32,000 bases of DNA. It comes from an uncultured Opitutales bacterium. GTDB lineage: Bacteria; Verrucomicrobiota; Verrucomicrobiia; Opitutales; Intestinicryptomonadaceae. Every line of letters starts with the position of its first letter. Positions within the stretch are counted from its first letter, which is position 1. The notes below the pieces were generated by a model. It was not told the origin of the DNA. It was given only the letters and a program-made list of their open reading frames with translations, and did no database searches. Shown here one piece after another: positions 1 to 7,736 of the stretch. The position numbers were made by a program, and so were the translations under genes. Location of the stretch: contig CAKTSY010000003.1 of assembly GCA_934613415.1 (NCBI GenBank), positions 305,387-337,386 of the forward strand, in the 5' to 3' direction.

Positions 1-900
1 CGTCATACCCAAAACGAAATAACCCGCGGCGTCGTGTACAAACCCCGCAATAGAATCGGGGCCGTTTTCGTAGGCGTATACCGAAAGGAACAATGCCCTT
101 AATATGTTGTTAAAAAACGCCAACATCATAGAAGACAGCACCAAAAAAACCTTCTTCCACGTTTTTTTAAGGAAAACCGCCGCCAAAAAAGTTCCGGCAA
201 AAAGACAGGCGGTAAGGCTTCGTATGCCGCTGCAAGCGTCGGCAACGCCAACTTGCCCGTTGGGGAAACTAAGCACATTGCCGTTTAACCTAACTATATA
301 GCCCAATGCGTCCATGACCGTTGTTGTAACCGCAGCCACCTTCGAAAGCAAAAACAGGCTTATTTTTGTTTCTATAACCGAAAACATAGGGGCCGCAACC
401 AAAAGCGAAAAGCACGGGAACACAAAAAGAGACAGGAATGCCAGCCTTTCGCCAAGCGGCTTTTTTTGCCCCGCCGAATTTTGCGCCGATGCAAAATACG
501 CAAACGAAAAAGACAAAAAGCAAAAGCAAAAAGTTGCCGCTGTTCCGCAAATGCCCCAGTTTTGCGTTATCGAAAAAAGCAGCATAAAAAGCAGATACAT
601 TGCAAACGAACACGCAAACATTGCGCCGAAAAAACCGTTCGTCAAAAAGTTTTTAATTTTCGAAGAACTCTCGGCTTTTGCGGGCGAATTGTAGTAGCAA
701 AAAATTTTGTCTTTTCTGTCGTACAAAACAAATAGTATAAAAAGCGGGGCTATGTAGCCGAAAGAGTAGTCGGCCCTGGTGTCCCACGAATATGCCAAAA
801 TTCTGCACACCGAAAAGCCCATAACCAAAAAGGCGGCAAAGAAAACCTGCGGCAAAAGCGGCAGCCTAAAAAACGCGTATTTCTCTTTAAGTTTTTCCAT
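1..900 (-). CDS. Exosortase-family integral membrane transpeptidase (partial; C-terminus runs off the left window edge)
   Basis: Absent from the supplied ORF track because it has no stop in the window. I checked all 300 minus-strand codons from ATG 900..898 to nt 1 and found no stop. The translation reads MEKLKEKYAFFRLPLL..SWDTRADYSFGYIAPLFILFVLY..VGVADACSGIRSLTACLF..AFFNNILRALFLSVY..GFVHDAAGYFVLGMT. It is a polytopic hydrophobic protein with the exosortase/archaeosortase Cys-Arg-His signature: Cys223 at nt 232-234, Arg268 at nt 97-99, His289 at nt 34-36. Track ORFs 290..613(-) and 314..694(+) are alternative frames of this gene. Confidence 0.85.
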   Translation of the reverse strand, partial: MEKLKEKYAFFRLPLLPQVFFAAFLVMGFSVCRILAYSWDTRADYSFGYIAPLFILFVLYDRKDKIFCYYNSPAKAESSSKIKNFLTNGFFGAMFACSFAMYLLFMLLFSITQNWGICGTAATFCFCFLSFSFAYFASAQNSAGQKKPLGERLAFLSLFVFPCFSLLVAAPMFSVIETKISLFLLSKVAAVTTTVMDALGYIVRLNGNVLSFPNGQVGVADACSGIRSLTACLFAGTFLAAVFLKKTWKKVFLVLSSMMLAFFNNILRALFLSVYAYENGPDSIAGFVHDAAGYFVLGMT

Positions 901-909
901 ATTTGCAAA

Positions 910-1623
910 TTACTTTTGGTATAATGTAAGCTTTCCCAAAGCGTCCATTACGGTTAAAAAGTCTTGGTTTTGCATAAGCGAGTATATGTCTTGCGAAGAA
1001 TCTACCCTAACAAAATAGCATTCGGGCGAAACCGTAAATGCGTCGCGCAGCATATTCTGAAAATATTTTTTTAATGACGGAATTGCGTTGTCGCTTGTGC
1101 CGTAGTCGTAGCGTTTGCCGTTTACTACAAACCAAAAAATAACATTGCGCCGCGCAGTGCCAGCATCGGTTTTATAGACAAATTCCCTATAGTAGGCTGG
1201 CATAAGTTTTTTGCCGTTTACCGAAAAAACCTCGTTAAACTTCTTTTTTTGCTCTATGTTTTTCCAGCCGTTTTCAACCCAACATCTGTCGGGGGTGTGT
1301 GCCGAAGCCCTTATTGTAGACTCTTTGCCCTCGCCCCAATACGAGATATACACGGTAAACTCGGTGCCGTTGCCGTCTGTATAGCTACGGTTGAAATATT
1401 CGCTTACGGCCAAATATTTTTCGGCGGCTCTTACAACTTCTTCGGTGTTGCCAAGCGGCTTTTCCTTAGAAGTAAACGCCCCGACTTTTTCGGGTATTAT
1501 TGCGTTCATATGCCCTACGGGTTTTGCGGCTTTAGGCTGGGCGGAAAAATCTACCCTAATAAATGCCAATATAACGCCGACAACGGCCGCAAAAAGCGCA
1601 AGCGCAACAAAAAACTTCTTCAT
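910..1623 (-). CDS. EpsI-family (DUF3485) exosortase-associated protein with an N-terminal membrane anchor
   Basis: 237 aa. It has an N-terminal TM/signal segment (MKKFFVALALFAAVVGVILAF). The EpsI-like core is YFNRSYTDGNGTEFTVYISYWGEGKE..SAHTPDRCWVENGWK (the H-x-P-x-x-C..G-W motif) followed later by NVIFWFVVNGKRY. An AGGA lies just upstream of ATG 1623. The stop is 9 nt upstream of the exosortase start at 900. Confidence 0.75.
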   Translation of the reverse strand: MKKFFVALALFAAVVGVILAFIRVDFSAQPKAAKPVGHMNAIIPEKVGAFTSKEKPLGNTEEVVRAAEKYLAVSEYFNRSYTDGNGTEFTVYISYWGEGKESTIRASAHTPDRCWVENGWKNIEQKKKFNEVFSVNGKKLMPAYYREFVYKTDAGTARRNVIFWFVVNGKRYDYGTSDNAIPSLKKYFQNMLRDAFTVSPECYFVRVDSSQDIYSLMQNQDFLTVMDALGKLTLYQK

Positions 1624-1700
1624 TCCTAAAATATTGCAAAAAACGTGAATGTTTTGTCAACACTAAGAAAGCGCGCAAAGCCCATTGCCCGACAAAAAGA

Positions 1701-1732
1701 AAAGCCCGCGCAAACTAAATTGCGCGGGCTTT
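1701..1732 (-). terminator. Intrinsic terminator downstream of potD
   Basis: A perfect 13-bp stem, aaagcccgcgcaa (1701-1713) pairing with ttgcgcgggcttt (1720-1732), encloses a 6-nt loop. On the minus strand it is followed by TCTTTTT (1700-1694). It lies 27 nt past the potD stop. Confidence 0.75.
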
Positions 1733-1758
1733 CTATAAAAAACTTGCCTTGGATAAAA

Positions 1759-2811
1759 TTAGTTTACCTTTTCAAGCTTAACTTCGTCCCACAGCTTTAT
1801 AAGCTTGTTGTTGTTATCGCCCAAGTCCAAAATTATTTCGGCGTTGTAAAGCTCGTCGGAAAGCTTTAGCCCTGGGTGGTTTTGAAGGGATTTATCTACC
1901 AATTCAAGCGCGCCGTCTACGGGCGAGTGATAGTAGGTTACTTCCATATTTTTGGCGGCAACGTCTTTTCTGCACAAAAAGTCTATGAATTTATACGCCA
2001 ACTCTTTGTTTTTAGACGAGCTTAAAATTGCCAAGTTGTCGCTGGAAATGCTTGTGCCTTCCTTGGGAATCATAAAATCAAGGTCTTTTCTGTCTTCAAA
2101 AATCTGGAACAAGTCGCCGCTATAGCCCTGAACAATGTAAAATTCGCCCGAAGAAAGACCGTTTTTGTACACTTCGTTGTCGAACTTTGCCAAATTTTTC
2201 TTCCACTTTAAAAGCTGTTCTTTTGCCTTGGCAAGCGCCGCGTCGTCGGTTGTATTCATCGAATAGCCCAAGAATTTAAGGGCAGCGCCTATCGATTCGC
2301 GGAAGTCGTCTAGCATGGTCATTCTCGATTTATATTCCGTTTTCGAGAAAACGTCCCATGTATTTTCTATTTTGCCGACTTTGTCTTTGTTGTAGGCAAC
2401 GCATGTGTAGCTTACCAAATAGGGAACGCAATATTCCATATTTTTGTCGAATGCCAACTTTTCCAAAAACTTTTTGTTTATGTTTGCCTTGGCATTGCCG
2501 AGCTTGTTTAGGTCGAGCTTGTCGATAAGCTTTTCGGCATACATAATTTTTGCCATATAGCTTGTGGGAACTACAATATCGTAGCCGTCGGCACCCGACT
2601 TGATTTTGGAGTACATAAGCTCGTTCGAGTCGAAAGTATCTACTCTAACCGTGCAGTTATTCTCCTTTTCGAAGGCCTTAACCATATCCATATCGATATA
2701 GTCCGACCAGTTATAGACGTTCAGAACGGGCTTTGACGGGCCACAACCGAACATTAAACAAATGGCGGAAATTGCCGCCGCAATAAACAAGGACTGTTTT
2801 ACCATCTTCAT
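1759..2811 (-). CDS. potD: Spermidine/putrescine ABC transporter substrate-binding lipoprotein
   Basis: 350 aa with a lipoprotein signal and lipobox (..AICLMFGCGPSK). It shows PotD/PotF-type periplasmic binding protein features (VYNWSDYID, IVVPTSYM, VPYLVSYT). It is the last gene of a potA-B-C-D order. Confidence 0.85.
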   Translation of the reverse strand: MKMVKQSLFIAAAISAICLMFGCGPSKPVLNVYNWSDYIDMDMVKAFEKENNCTVRVDTFDSNELMYSKIKSGADGYDIVVPTSYMAKIMYAEKLIDKLDLNKLGNAKANINKKFLEKLAFDKNMEYCVPYLVSYTCVAYNKDKVGKIENTWDVFSKTEYKSRMTMLDDFRESIGAALKFLGYSMNTTDDAALAKAKEQLLKWKKNLAKFDNEVYKNGLSSGEFYIVQGYSGDLFQIFEDRKDLDFMIPKEGTSISSDNLAILSSSKNKELAYKFIDFLCRKDVAAKNMEVTYYHSPVDGALELVDKSLQNHPGLKLSDELYNAEIILDLGDNNNKLIKLWDEVKLEKVN

Positions 2812-2873
2812 TTTTTGCCTTTTTTGTTTTTTAGGTTATTATTGGTTAGAATATAAAGTATGTGTCGCAAAAT

Positions 2874-3644
2874 TTAGAACTTTTTGCGCGTTAAAATCTG
2901 CCCTATTATGGCAACGGTTAAAGTCAAAGCCATGAACACAACCGAAAGCGCGTTTATTATGGCTGGGGCTCCGTGCTTCATCATACTAAACACCTTGACG
3001 GGCAATGTCGTGCTGCCGGGGCCGCCCACAAAAAACGTTATAACAAAGTCGTCCATCGAAAGTGTAAAGGCCATCATAGCTCCCGCCATAATGCCGGGCA
3101 GCAAAAGCGGCAGCGTAATTTTGCGCAAAATTCTAAAGTTGGAAGCCCCCAAGTCTTGCGCTGCCTGAATAAGCGAAAAGTCGAAATCCTGCAATCGGGC
3201 AAGCACCGTAAAAGTTACATAGCTTACGCAAAAGGTTACGTGCGCGATTATAACCGTAACCATACCAAGCGAAAAGCCCATATTCACAAAAAGCAGCAGC
3301 AAGCTTATGCCCATAAGAATATCGGGCACAACCAAAGGCGCGTATATTAAAGAGTAGTGAAAGTTTTGGAACTTGCCCTTGTATTTGTTTAAAACCCACG
3401 CCGCCAACGTGCCAAGTATTGTAGAAATTACCGTGGCAACCAGCGCTATTATAAGGGTGTTTATCGAAGCGTCTATAACCGACTGGTCTTTAAACAAAGC
3501 CTCGTACCACTTAAGCGAAAAGCCCTTCCACGGCCCGCCGAAGCGCGACGCGTTAAACGACTGCGCAACCAACGCCACTATGGGCAAATACATAAACGCC
3601 AATACGAACAGCGCAACCAAAAGAGATGTATAACGGTTCTTCAT
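2874..3644 (-). CDS. potC: Spermidine/putrescine ABC transporter permease
   Basis: 256 aa polytopic protein with the ABC permease EAA-type loop (IQAAQDLGASNFRILRKITLPLLLPG). Its start overlaps the potB stop by 4 nt. Confidence 0.85.
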   Translation of the reverse strand: MKNRYTSLLVALFVLAFMYLPIVALVAQSFNASRFGGPWKGFSLKWYEALFKDQSVIDASINTLIIALVATVISTILGTLAAWVLNKYKGKFQNFHYSLIYAPLVVPDILMGISLLLLFVNMGFSLGMVTVIIAHVTFCVSYVTFTVLARLQDFDFSLIQAAQDLGASNFRILRKITLPLLLPGIMAGAMMAFTLSMDDFVITFFVGGPGSTTLPVKVFSMMKHGAPAIINALSVVFMALTLTVAIIGQILTRKKF

Positions 3645-4528
3645 TTCTTTGCAACCGTTCCCGAAGCGGAACGCCCCTTAAACAAACTTTTCATTACGCC
3701 GCCTTGGCGCACAAGCACAAGCAGCACGGGTATTGTTATTATAAGCCACAATATGCCCGACAACGCCGCGGCCTCGGGCAAATTTCTGGCGGTAGAAACC
3801 CTATAGGCTATTTTGTTGCCCAACATTTCAGAATTTACGCCGCCTACCAAATCGGGAATGGCATACGAACCCAAAGCGGGAATTAAAACCACCAAAACCG
3901 CGGTTAAAACGCCCCTTTTAATCCCGGGCAAAAATATTTTTACAAAGGCTCCGAAGCGCGACGCGCCCAAGTCTCTTGCCGCCTCTAAAAGCGAAAAGTC
4001 GAACTTTTCGGCGGCGGCATATACGGGCAAAATCGCAAAAGGCAAACAGGTGTATACCGTAACGATTATAACCGCCGTTATGTTGTTAAGCAAAAACACG
4101 TTGTCGGAAATAAGGCCGAGCTTAAGCAAACACCACCTAAGCCAGCCCTCGGGCTGCAACACCATTCGCCACGCGAAAATTCTTATAAGGAAGTTTGTCC
4201 AAAGCGGTATTATTATAAAAAGCAAATACCAGTTTCGGTACTTGGGTTTTTGCTGGGCAATCCAGTAACCTACGGGTATTGCAAGCAAAAGACATATAAG
4301 CGTTACAACCAAGCTTACCCAAATTGTGCGCCACAAAACCACAACATAGTCGGCGCGTACCACGTTAGATATTGTTTGAAGAGTCCAATAGTCGGAAATA
4401 CCGCCGTAGGCGTCGGCAACCTTAAAGGCTATTGCAAAAACCAAAAGGCTGGGCACTACAAAAAACACAAGCAACCACAAAACAGACGGCCCCGTCAATA
4501 AAACTTCGGTCAACTTTTTTTTGCCCAT
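3641..4528 (-). CDS. potB: Spermidine/putrescine ABC transporter permease
   Basis: Polytopic protein with the EAA loop (LEAARDLGASRFGAFVKIFLPGIKRG). I chose ATG 4528 (MGKKKLTEVLLTGPSVLWL..., 295 aa). The track start at 4636 adds 36 non-hydrophobic residues and overlaps potA by 73 nt. Confidence 0.8.
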   Translation of the reverse strand: MGKKKLTEVLLTGPSVLWLLVFFVVPSLLVFAIAFKVADAYGGISDYWTLQTISNVVRADYVVVLWRTIWVSLVVTLICLLLAIPVGYWIAQQKPKYRNWYLLFIIIPLWTNFLIRIFAWRMVLQPEGWLRWCLLKLGLISDNVFLLNNITAVIIVTVYTCLPFAILPVYAAAEKFDFSLLEAARDLGASRFGAFVKIFLPGIKRGVLTAVLVVLIPALGSYAIPDLVGGVNSEMLGNKIAYRVSTARNLPEAAALSGILWLIITIPVLLVLVRQGGVMKSLFKGRSASGTVAKK

Positions 4529-4563
4529 TGCTTTAGAAAGGCCTGCCGTTAAGTTTGCCACCG

Positions 4564-5670
4564 CTAATAGTCCTCTGTGTTGGGAAGTGTGGCAACGTCG
4601 TCGCGGTGCCACGCAATCCAAATCTTGTCGCCCCAAGTGGGCTGTTTCATATCCAGATAGCAGCGGTTGTGCTGCCTCATTACGCTAACGCGAAAATCGT
4701 TAACCATTACCCAATATTTTGTGTACGCGCCCTGATATACAACGTCTACAACTTCGGCCTGAACGGCGTTTAGGTCTTCCGAAACATCGGGTTTGTGGTC
4801 GTATATTCTGAACTTTTCGGGGCGTATGCTTACTATCACCGAGTCGCCAACCGAAAGGTTGCGGTCGTCGAAAGACGAGAATACGCCAAGTCCTTTTAGG
4901 TCTACAATCTTATATTGCTCGTCTATGCGCTGCGAAATTTTGCCTTCAAAGAAATTTGTGTCGCCGATAAACGAGGCTACAAATTTTGTTTTTGGGCTTT
5001 CGTAGATTTCGGCGGGGGTTCCTATCTGCTCTATGCGCCCGCCGTTCATAACCGCAATGCGGTCGGAAAGGCTCATAGCCTCGTTCTGGTCGTGCGTTAC
5101 ATATATAAAAGTAACCCCAACTTCGTCGTGAATGCGGTCTAGCTCTAGCAGCATATGCTGGCGAAGTTTTAAGTCTAACGCCGCCAATGGTTCGTCTAGC
5201 AAAAGCAGCTTGGGGCTGTTAATCAAAGCCCTTGCAATCGAAATTCTCTGTTTTTGACCGCCCGAAATTGTAGAAGGCATTCTGTCGGAAAGGTCTTTAA
5301 GCCTTATAATTTCCAACATTTTTTCGACCTTGCGTACAACTTCGCTTTCGGGAACGCCGGCGGTTCTGGGTCCGAATGCTATGTTGTCGAATATCGTCAT
5401 ATGGGGAAAAAGCGCGTAGTTCTGAAAAACCGTATTTATTTTGCGCTTGTTCGGCGGAAGATCGGTTATATCTTTGCCGTCCAAAAAAATCCTGCCGTTA
5501 CCGGGCTCTTCAAAGCCGCCCGCCATTCTAAGAATGGTGGTTTTGCCGCACCCGCTGGGCCCCAACAAGGAAAATACTTCACCGCATTTTACGTCTATGC
5601 TTACGCCCTTTACAACGTGGTTTGCGCCAAAATATTTGTCGATATTTTCAAGCCTAAAAAAAGATCCCAT
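4564..5670 (-). CDS. potA: Spermidine/putrescine ABC transporter ATP-binding protein
   Basis: 368 aa. It has Walker A (GPSGCGKTT), the ABC signature (ISGGQKQRISIARAL), Walker B (LLLLDEPL) and an H-loop (YVTHDQ). A C-terminal TOBE-like regulatory domain is present, as in PotA. Confidence 0.9.
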   Translation of the reverse strand: MGSFFRLENIDKYFGANHVVKGVSIDVKCGEVFSLLGPSGCGKTTILRMAGGFEEPGNGRIFLDGKDITDLPPNKRKINTVFQNYALFPHMTIFDNIAFGPRTAGVPESEVVRKVEKMLEIIRLKDLSDRMPSTISGGQKQRISIARALINSPKLLLLDEPLAALDLKLRQHMLLELDRIHDEVGVTFIYVTHDQNEAMSLSDRIAVMNGGRIEQIGTPAEIYESPKTKFVASFIGDTNFFEGKISQRIDEQYKIVDLKGLGVFSSFDDRNLSVGDSVIVSIRPEKFRIYDHKPDVSEDLNAVQAEVVDVVYQGAYTKYWVMVNDFRVSVMRQHNRCYLDMKQPTWGDKIWIAWHRDDVATLPNTEDY

Positions 5671-5821
5671 TTTTATAAAACAAGAAAAACGATAAGAATA
5701 TATTTTTTTCCGTTTTTAAAGCTTTTTTTTGCCCTTTTTTAAAAAAATTTTTTGCGGGCAGTTTTTGGGGGATTTTTGCCCGCCTTTTTAACGCTTTTTG
5801 ACGCGCGTTCTAAGCCGCTTT

Positions 5822-6766
5822 TTAGCTCACCAAAACGCAGTCGTCGAAACGCGAAAAAAGCATATTTTCCCTAAAGGAATCGGCTACGCAAACGTCTTTG
5901 CCTTTTGCCAAATCAATTAAGCAGCGCGGCAAATCAAGCCCAGCACGCACGCTCATGGGAGCCCCCCCGCCGAAACGCGCATTTATTTCGGTAAAGAAAA
6001 CTCCGTTTTCGTTCTTTATGCACTGAATGGTATTTACCCCAAAAAGCTTCAGCTTTTTTGCAACGTCTTTTACGGCGTTTTCTATTTGGCTGTCTTTAAC
6101 GGTTAGCCCCTTTAAAACTTCGCCCGAACGCACGCTTAGACGCTTCCTTGCGCCCATTGCCTTGAAGTTGCCGCAAAAATCGCAAAGAAGGTCTACCGTA
6201 TATTCCGCGCCCGAAACAAATTCCTGCACAATGCAGTCTTTAACATATTCTTTAAAAAACGAATACTGCTCGTAGTTGTCGACTTTAAATGTGTTTATAG
6301 ACGAGCTGCCGCTTTTTGGTTTGATAAACATAGGGTATTTTAAACCCAAGCTACCGCAGATGTCCGACGAAACAATTTTTGGACACTTTATATTGTTTTG
6401 CTCGAAAAATGTTTGCGTTTTTATTTTGTCGGCGCAAATGCGCACGGTTTCTACGGGCGAAATATTTACGCGGCAATTCGCTTCGGCTAAAAAGCGTTGG
6501 GCGTTTTCGGCAAGGGTTTCAAGCTCGGTATCTATTGTGGGCACTAAAAGCCCTATGTTTTCGGCTTTGCAAATATCCAAAAGCTGCCCTATGTAGTTTC
6601 CGGAATCTACGCGGTCTACAACAAAGGCTTTATCGCAAAACTTTAAAGCGGGCGCCGAATCGGAGCAGTCGGCGCAAAAAACGCGACCGTTATCGGATAG
6701 TACCGCCTTTTTAAAAAGCTTTGCCAACTCTACCCTTCTGCCTGCACTTGTAATCAATACGTTCAT
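5822..6766 (-). CDS. ATP-grasp family ligase (carbamoyl-phosphate-synthase-like fold, substrate unknown)
   Basis: 314 aa. The N-terminus MNVLITSAGRRVELAKLF and the C-terminal FFTEINARFGGGAP motif are typical of stand-alone ATP-grasp amide/peptide ligases found in surface-polysaccharide loci. It is transcribed divergently from the 6866 gene. Confidence 0.7.
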   Translation of the reverse strand: MNVLITSAGRRVELAKLFKKAVLSDNGRVFCADCSDSAPALKFCDKAFVVDRVDSGNYIGQLLDICKAENIGLLVPTIDTELETLAENAQRFLAEANCRVNISPVETVRICADKIKTQTFFEQNNIKCPKIVSSDICGSLGLKYPMFIKPKSGSSSINTFKVDNYEQYSFFKEYVKDCIVQEFVSGAEYTVDLLCDFCGNFKAMGARKRLSVRSGEVLKGLTVKDSQIENAVKDVAKKLKLFGVNTIQCIKNENGVFFTEINARFGGGAPMSVRAGLDLPRCLIDLAKGKDVCVADSFRENMLFSRFDDCVLVS

Positions 6767-6776
6767 AAGCTATAAT
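6748..6776 (+). promoter_or_regulatory. Candidate sigma70-type promoter for the 6866-11009 operon
   Basis: TTGTAA (6748-6753), a 17-nt spacer, then a consensus TATAAT (6771-6776), about 90 nt upstream of the 6866 start. It overlaps the first codons of the divergent ATP-grasp gene. This is a sequence match only, and the organism's promoter consensus is unknown. Confidence 0.35.
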
Positions 6777-6865
6777 GTTTCTTAGACTTTGGTTCGCACA
6801 AAAGAATATTGCAAGCATTTTTAAGAAATGGAACATAGGCCGCAAAAACGCTGTCGAAAACATAA

Positions 6866-7696
6866 ATGCAAAATTCGGGCAAAAACGGTTTTTTTGAATA
6901 TGCGGCAGCCTGCGCGCTTATATTGGCAATTGTGCCCATTTTTGCGGAACTGATAAAAGCGTCGCTTGCGGTTGCGCAGTTAAAAGACAGTGCAGTTATG
7001 GCGTTGTTTTGCACGGCGTTGGTTTTTTTGGAATACAAGGCGACACTGCGCAAAACCCCGCTATTCGGCAAAGGCGCGTTTTGCCTTATGGGCATTGCCT
7101 ACGCGCTTTTCTTTTGTGCAAAAATTACGCCATTGGCCGCGTTGGCTGCGGCTGTTTTTGCCATTGGGGCAATGCTTGCGCTTTTTTTGCACAAAAACGA
7201 CATAAAAATTGCCTACTGCGTTGTTGCGGCCTTTTCGGCATATTGCGTTTTGCTTTTCTTTTCGGGCCTTGTAGATTTGCCGCTTAGAATATTTGCCGCG
7301 GCAGGCGTAGAAAAGCTTATGGGAATTTTCTCTATTGAGTGCACGCCTTACATATTAAAATGCGCAAGCCCCGTTGTAGTGCTAAATTTGCCGGATTTCG
7401 GCAATTTTACGGTGGCAACCCAATGCAACGGGCTTTCGGCAATTTCTTCGGCTACAATACTTTCCATATTTGCGGCGTTTCTTTCAAAACGCGGGTGGAA
7501 GTTTGCAATTTTATATGTACCATTTTGCGCGGGGCTTGCGTATTTTGCAAACTGCGCCAGAATTTGCATTGTAATTTTGCTAAAGCCGCATTTTGCAAAC
7601 TACAACACAATGCACGACATTGTAGGGTATTGCACGCTAACGCTTCTTTTGCTTTGCGTATGGGCACTGGGCAAAATCTTTGCCAAAGACAAATAA
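6866..7696 (+). CDS. Compact, divergent exosortase/archaeosortase-family membrane protein (second paralogue)
   Basis: 276 aa polytopic protein. The C-terminal region is FTVATQCNGLSAISSATIL..KRGWKFAILYVPFCAGLAYFANCARICIV..TMHDIVGYCTL. Cys187 is at nt 7424-7426, Arg232 at 7559-7561, His250 at 7613-7615. The Cys-to-Arg spacing is 45 residues, identical to the paralogue at 1..900. There is no obvious SD, so the start is uncertain. Confidence 0.7.
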   Translation: MQNSGKNGFFEYAAACALILAIVPIFAELIKASLAVAQLKDSAVMALFCTALVFLEYKATLRKTPLFGKGAFCLMGIAYALFFCAKITPLAALAAAVFAIGAMLALFLHKNDIKIAYCVVAAFSAYCVLLFFSGLVDLPLRIFAAAGVEKLMGIFSIECTPYILKCASPVVVLNLPDFGNFTVATQCNGLSAISSATILSIFAAFLSKRGWKFAILYVPFCAGLAYFANCARICIVILLKPHFANYNTMHDIVGYCTLTLLLLCVWALGKIFAKDK

Positions 7697-7736
7697 TGGC
7701 TTGATTTACACAAACAATAAATGGAATACTACCGCC

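Noticed and set aside
290-694. Track ORFs 290..613(-) and 314..694(+), which look like small membrane or basic proteins.
   Set aside because: They are alternative frames of the 300-codon exosortase reading frame (1..900, minus). Only that frame is open end to end and carries the conserved Cys/Arg/His motifs.
4529-4636. A 36-codon N-terminal extension of potB that overlaps potA by 73 nt.
   Set aside because: The extension (MGRQDLDCVAPRRRCHTSQHRG...) is not permease-like. The internal ATG at 4528 gives a typical MGKKK-plus-TM start and a 35-nt gap after potA.
5754-5783. A hairpin, gcgggca(5754-5760)...tgcccgc(5777-5783), followed by CTTTTT on the plus strand, resembling an intrinsic terminator.
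   Set aside because: Both flanking genes (the ATP-grasp gene and potA) are on the minus strand. On that strand the stem is followed by AAAAAA before any T-run, so its orientation does not fit a terminator for the ATP-grasp gene. It could still attenuate antisense transcription or act bidirectionally, but I cannot support a call.
7680-7736. A TTG start for the FAD oxidase that overlaps the exosortase-like gene.
   Set aside because: ATG 7737 (MAKTTPAFLAEL...) gives a normal GlcD-family N-terminus and removes the overlap. The extra 19 residues look non-conserved. The start nevertheless remains unverified.
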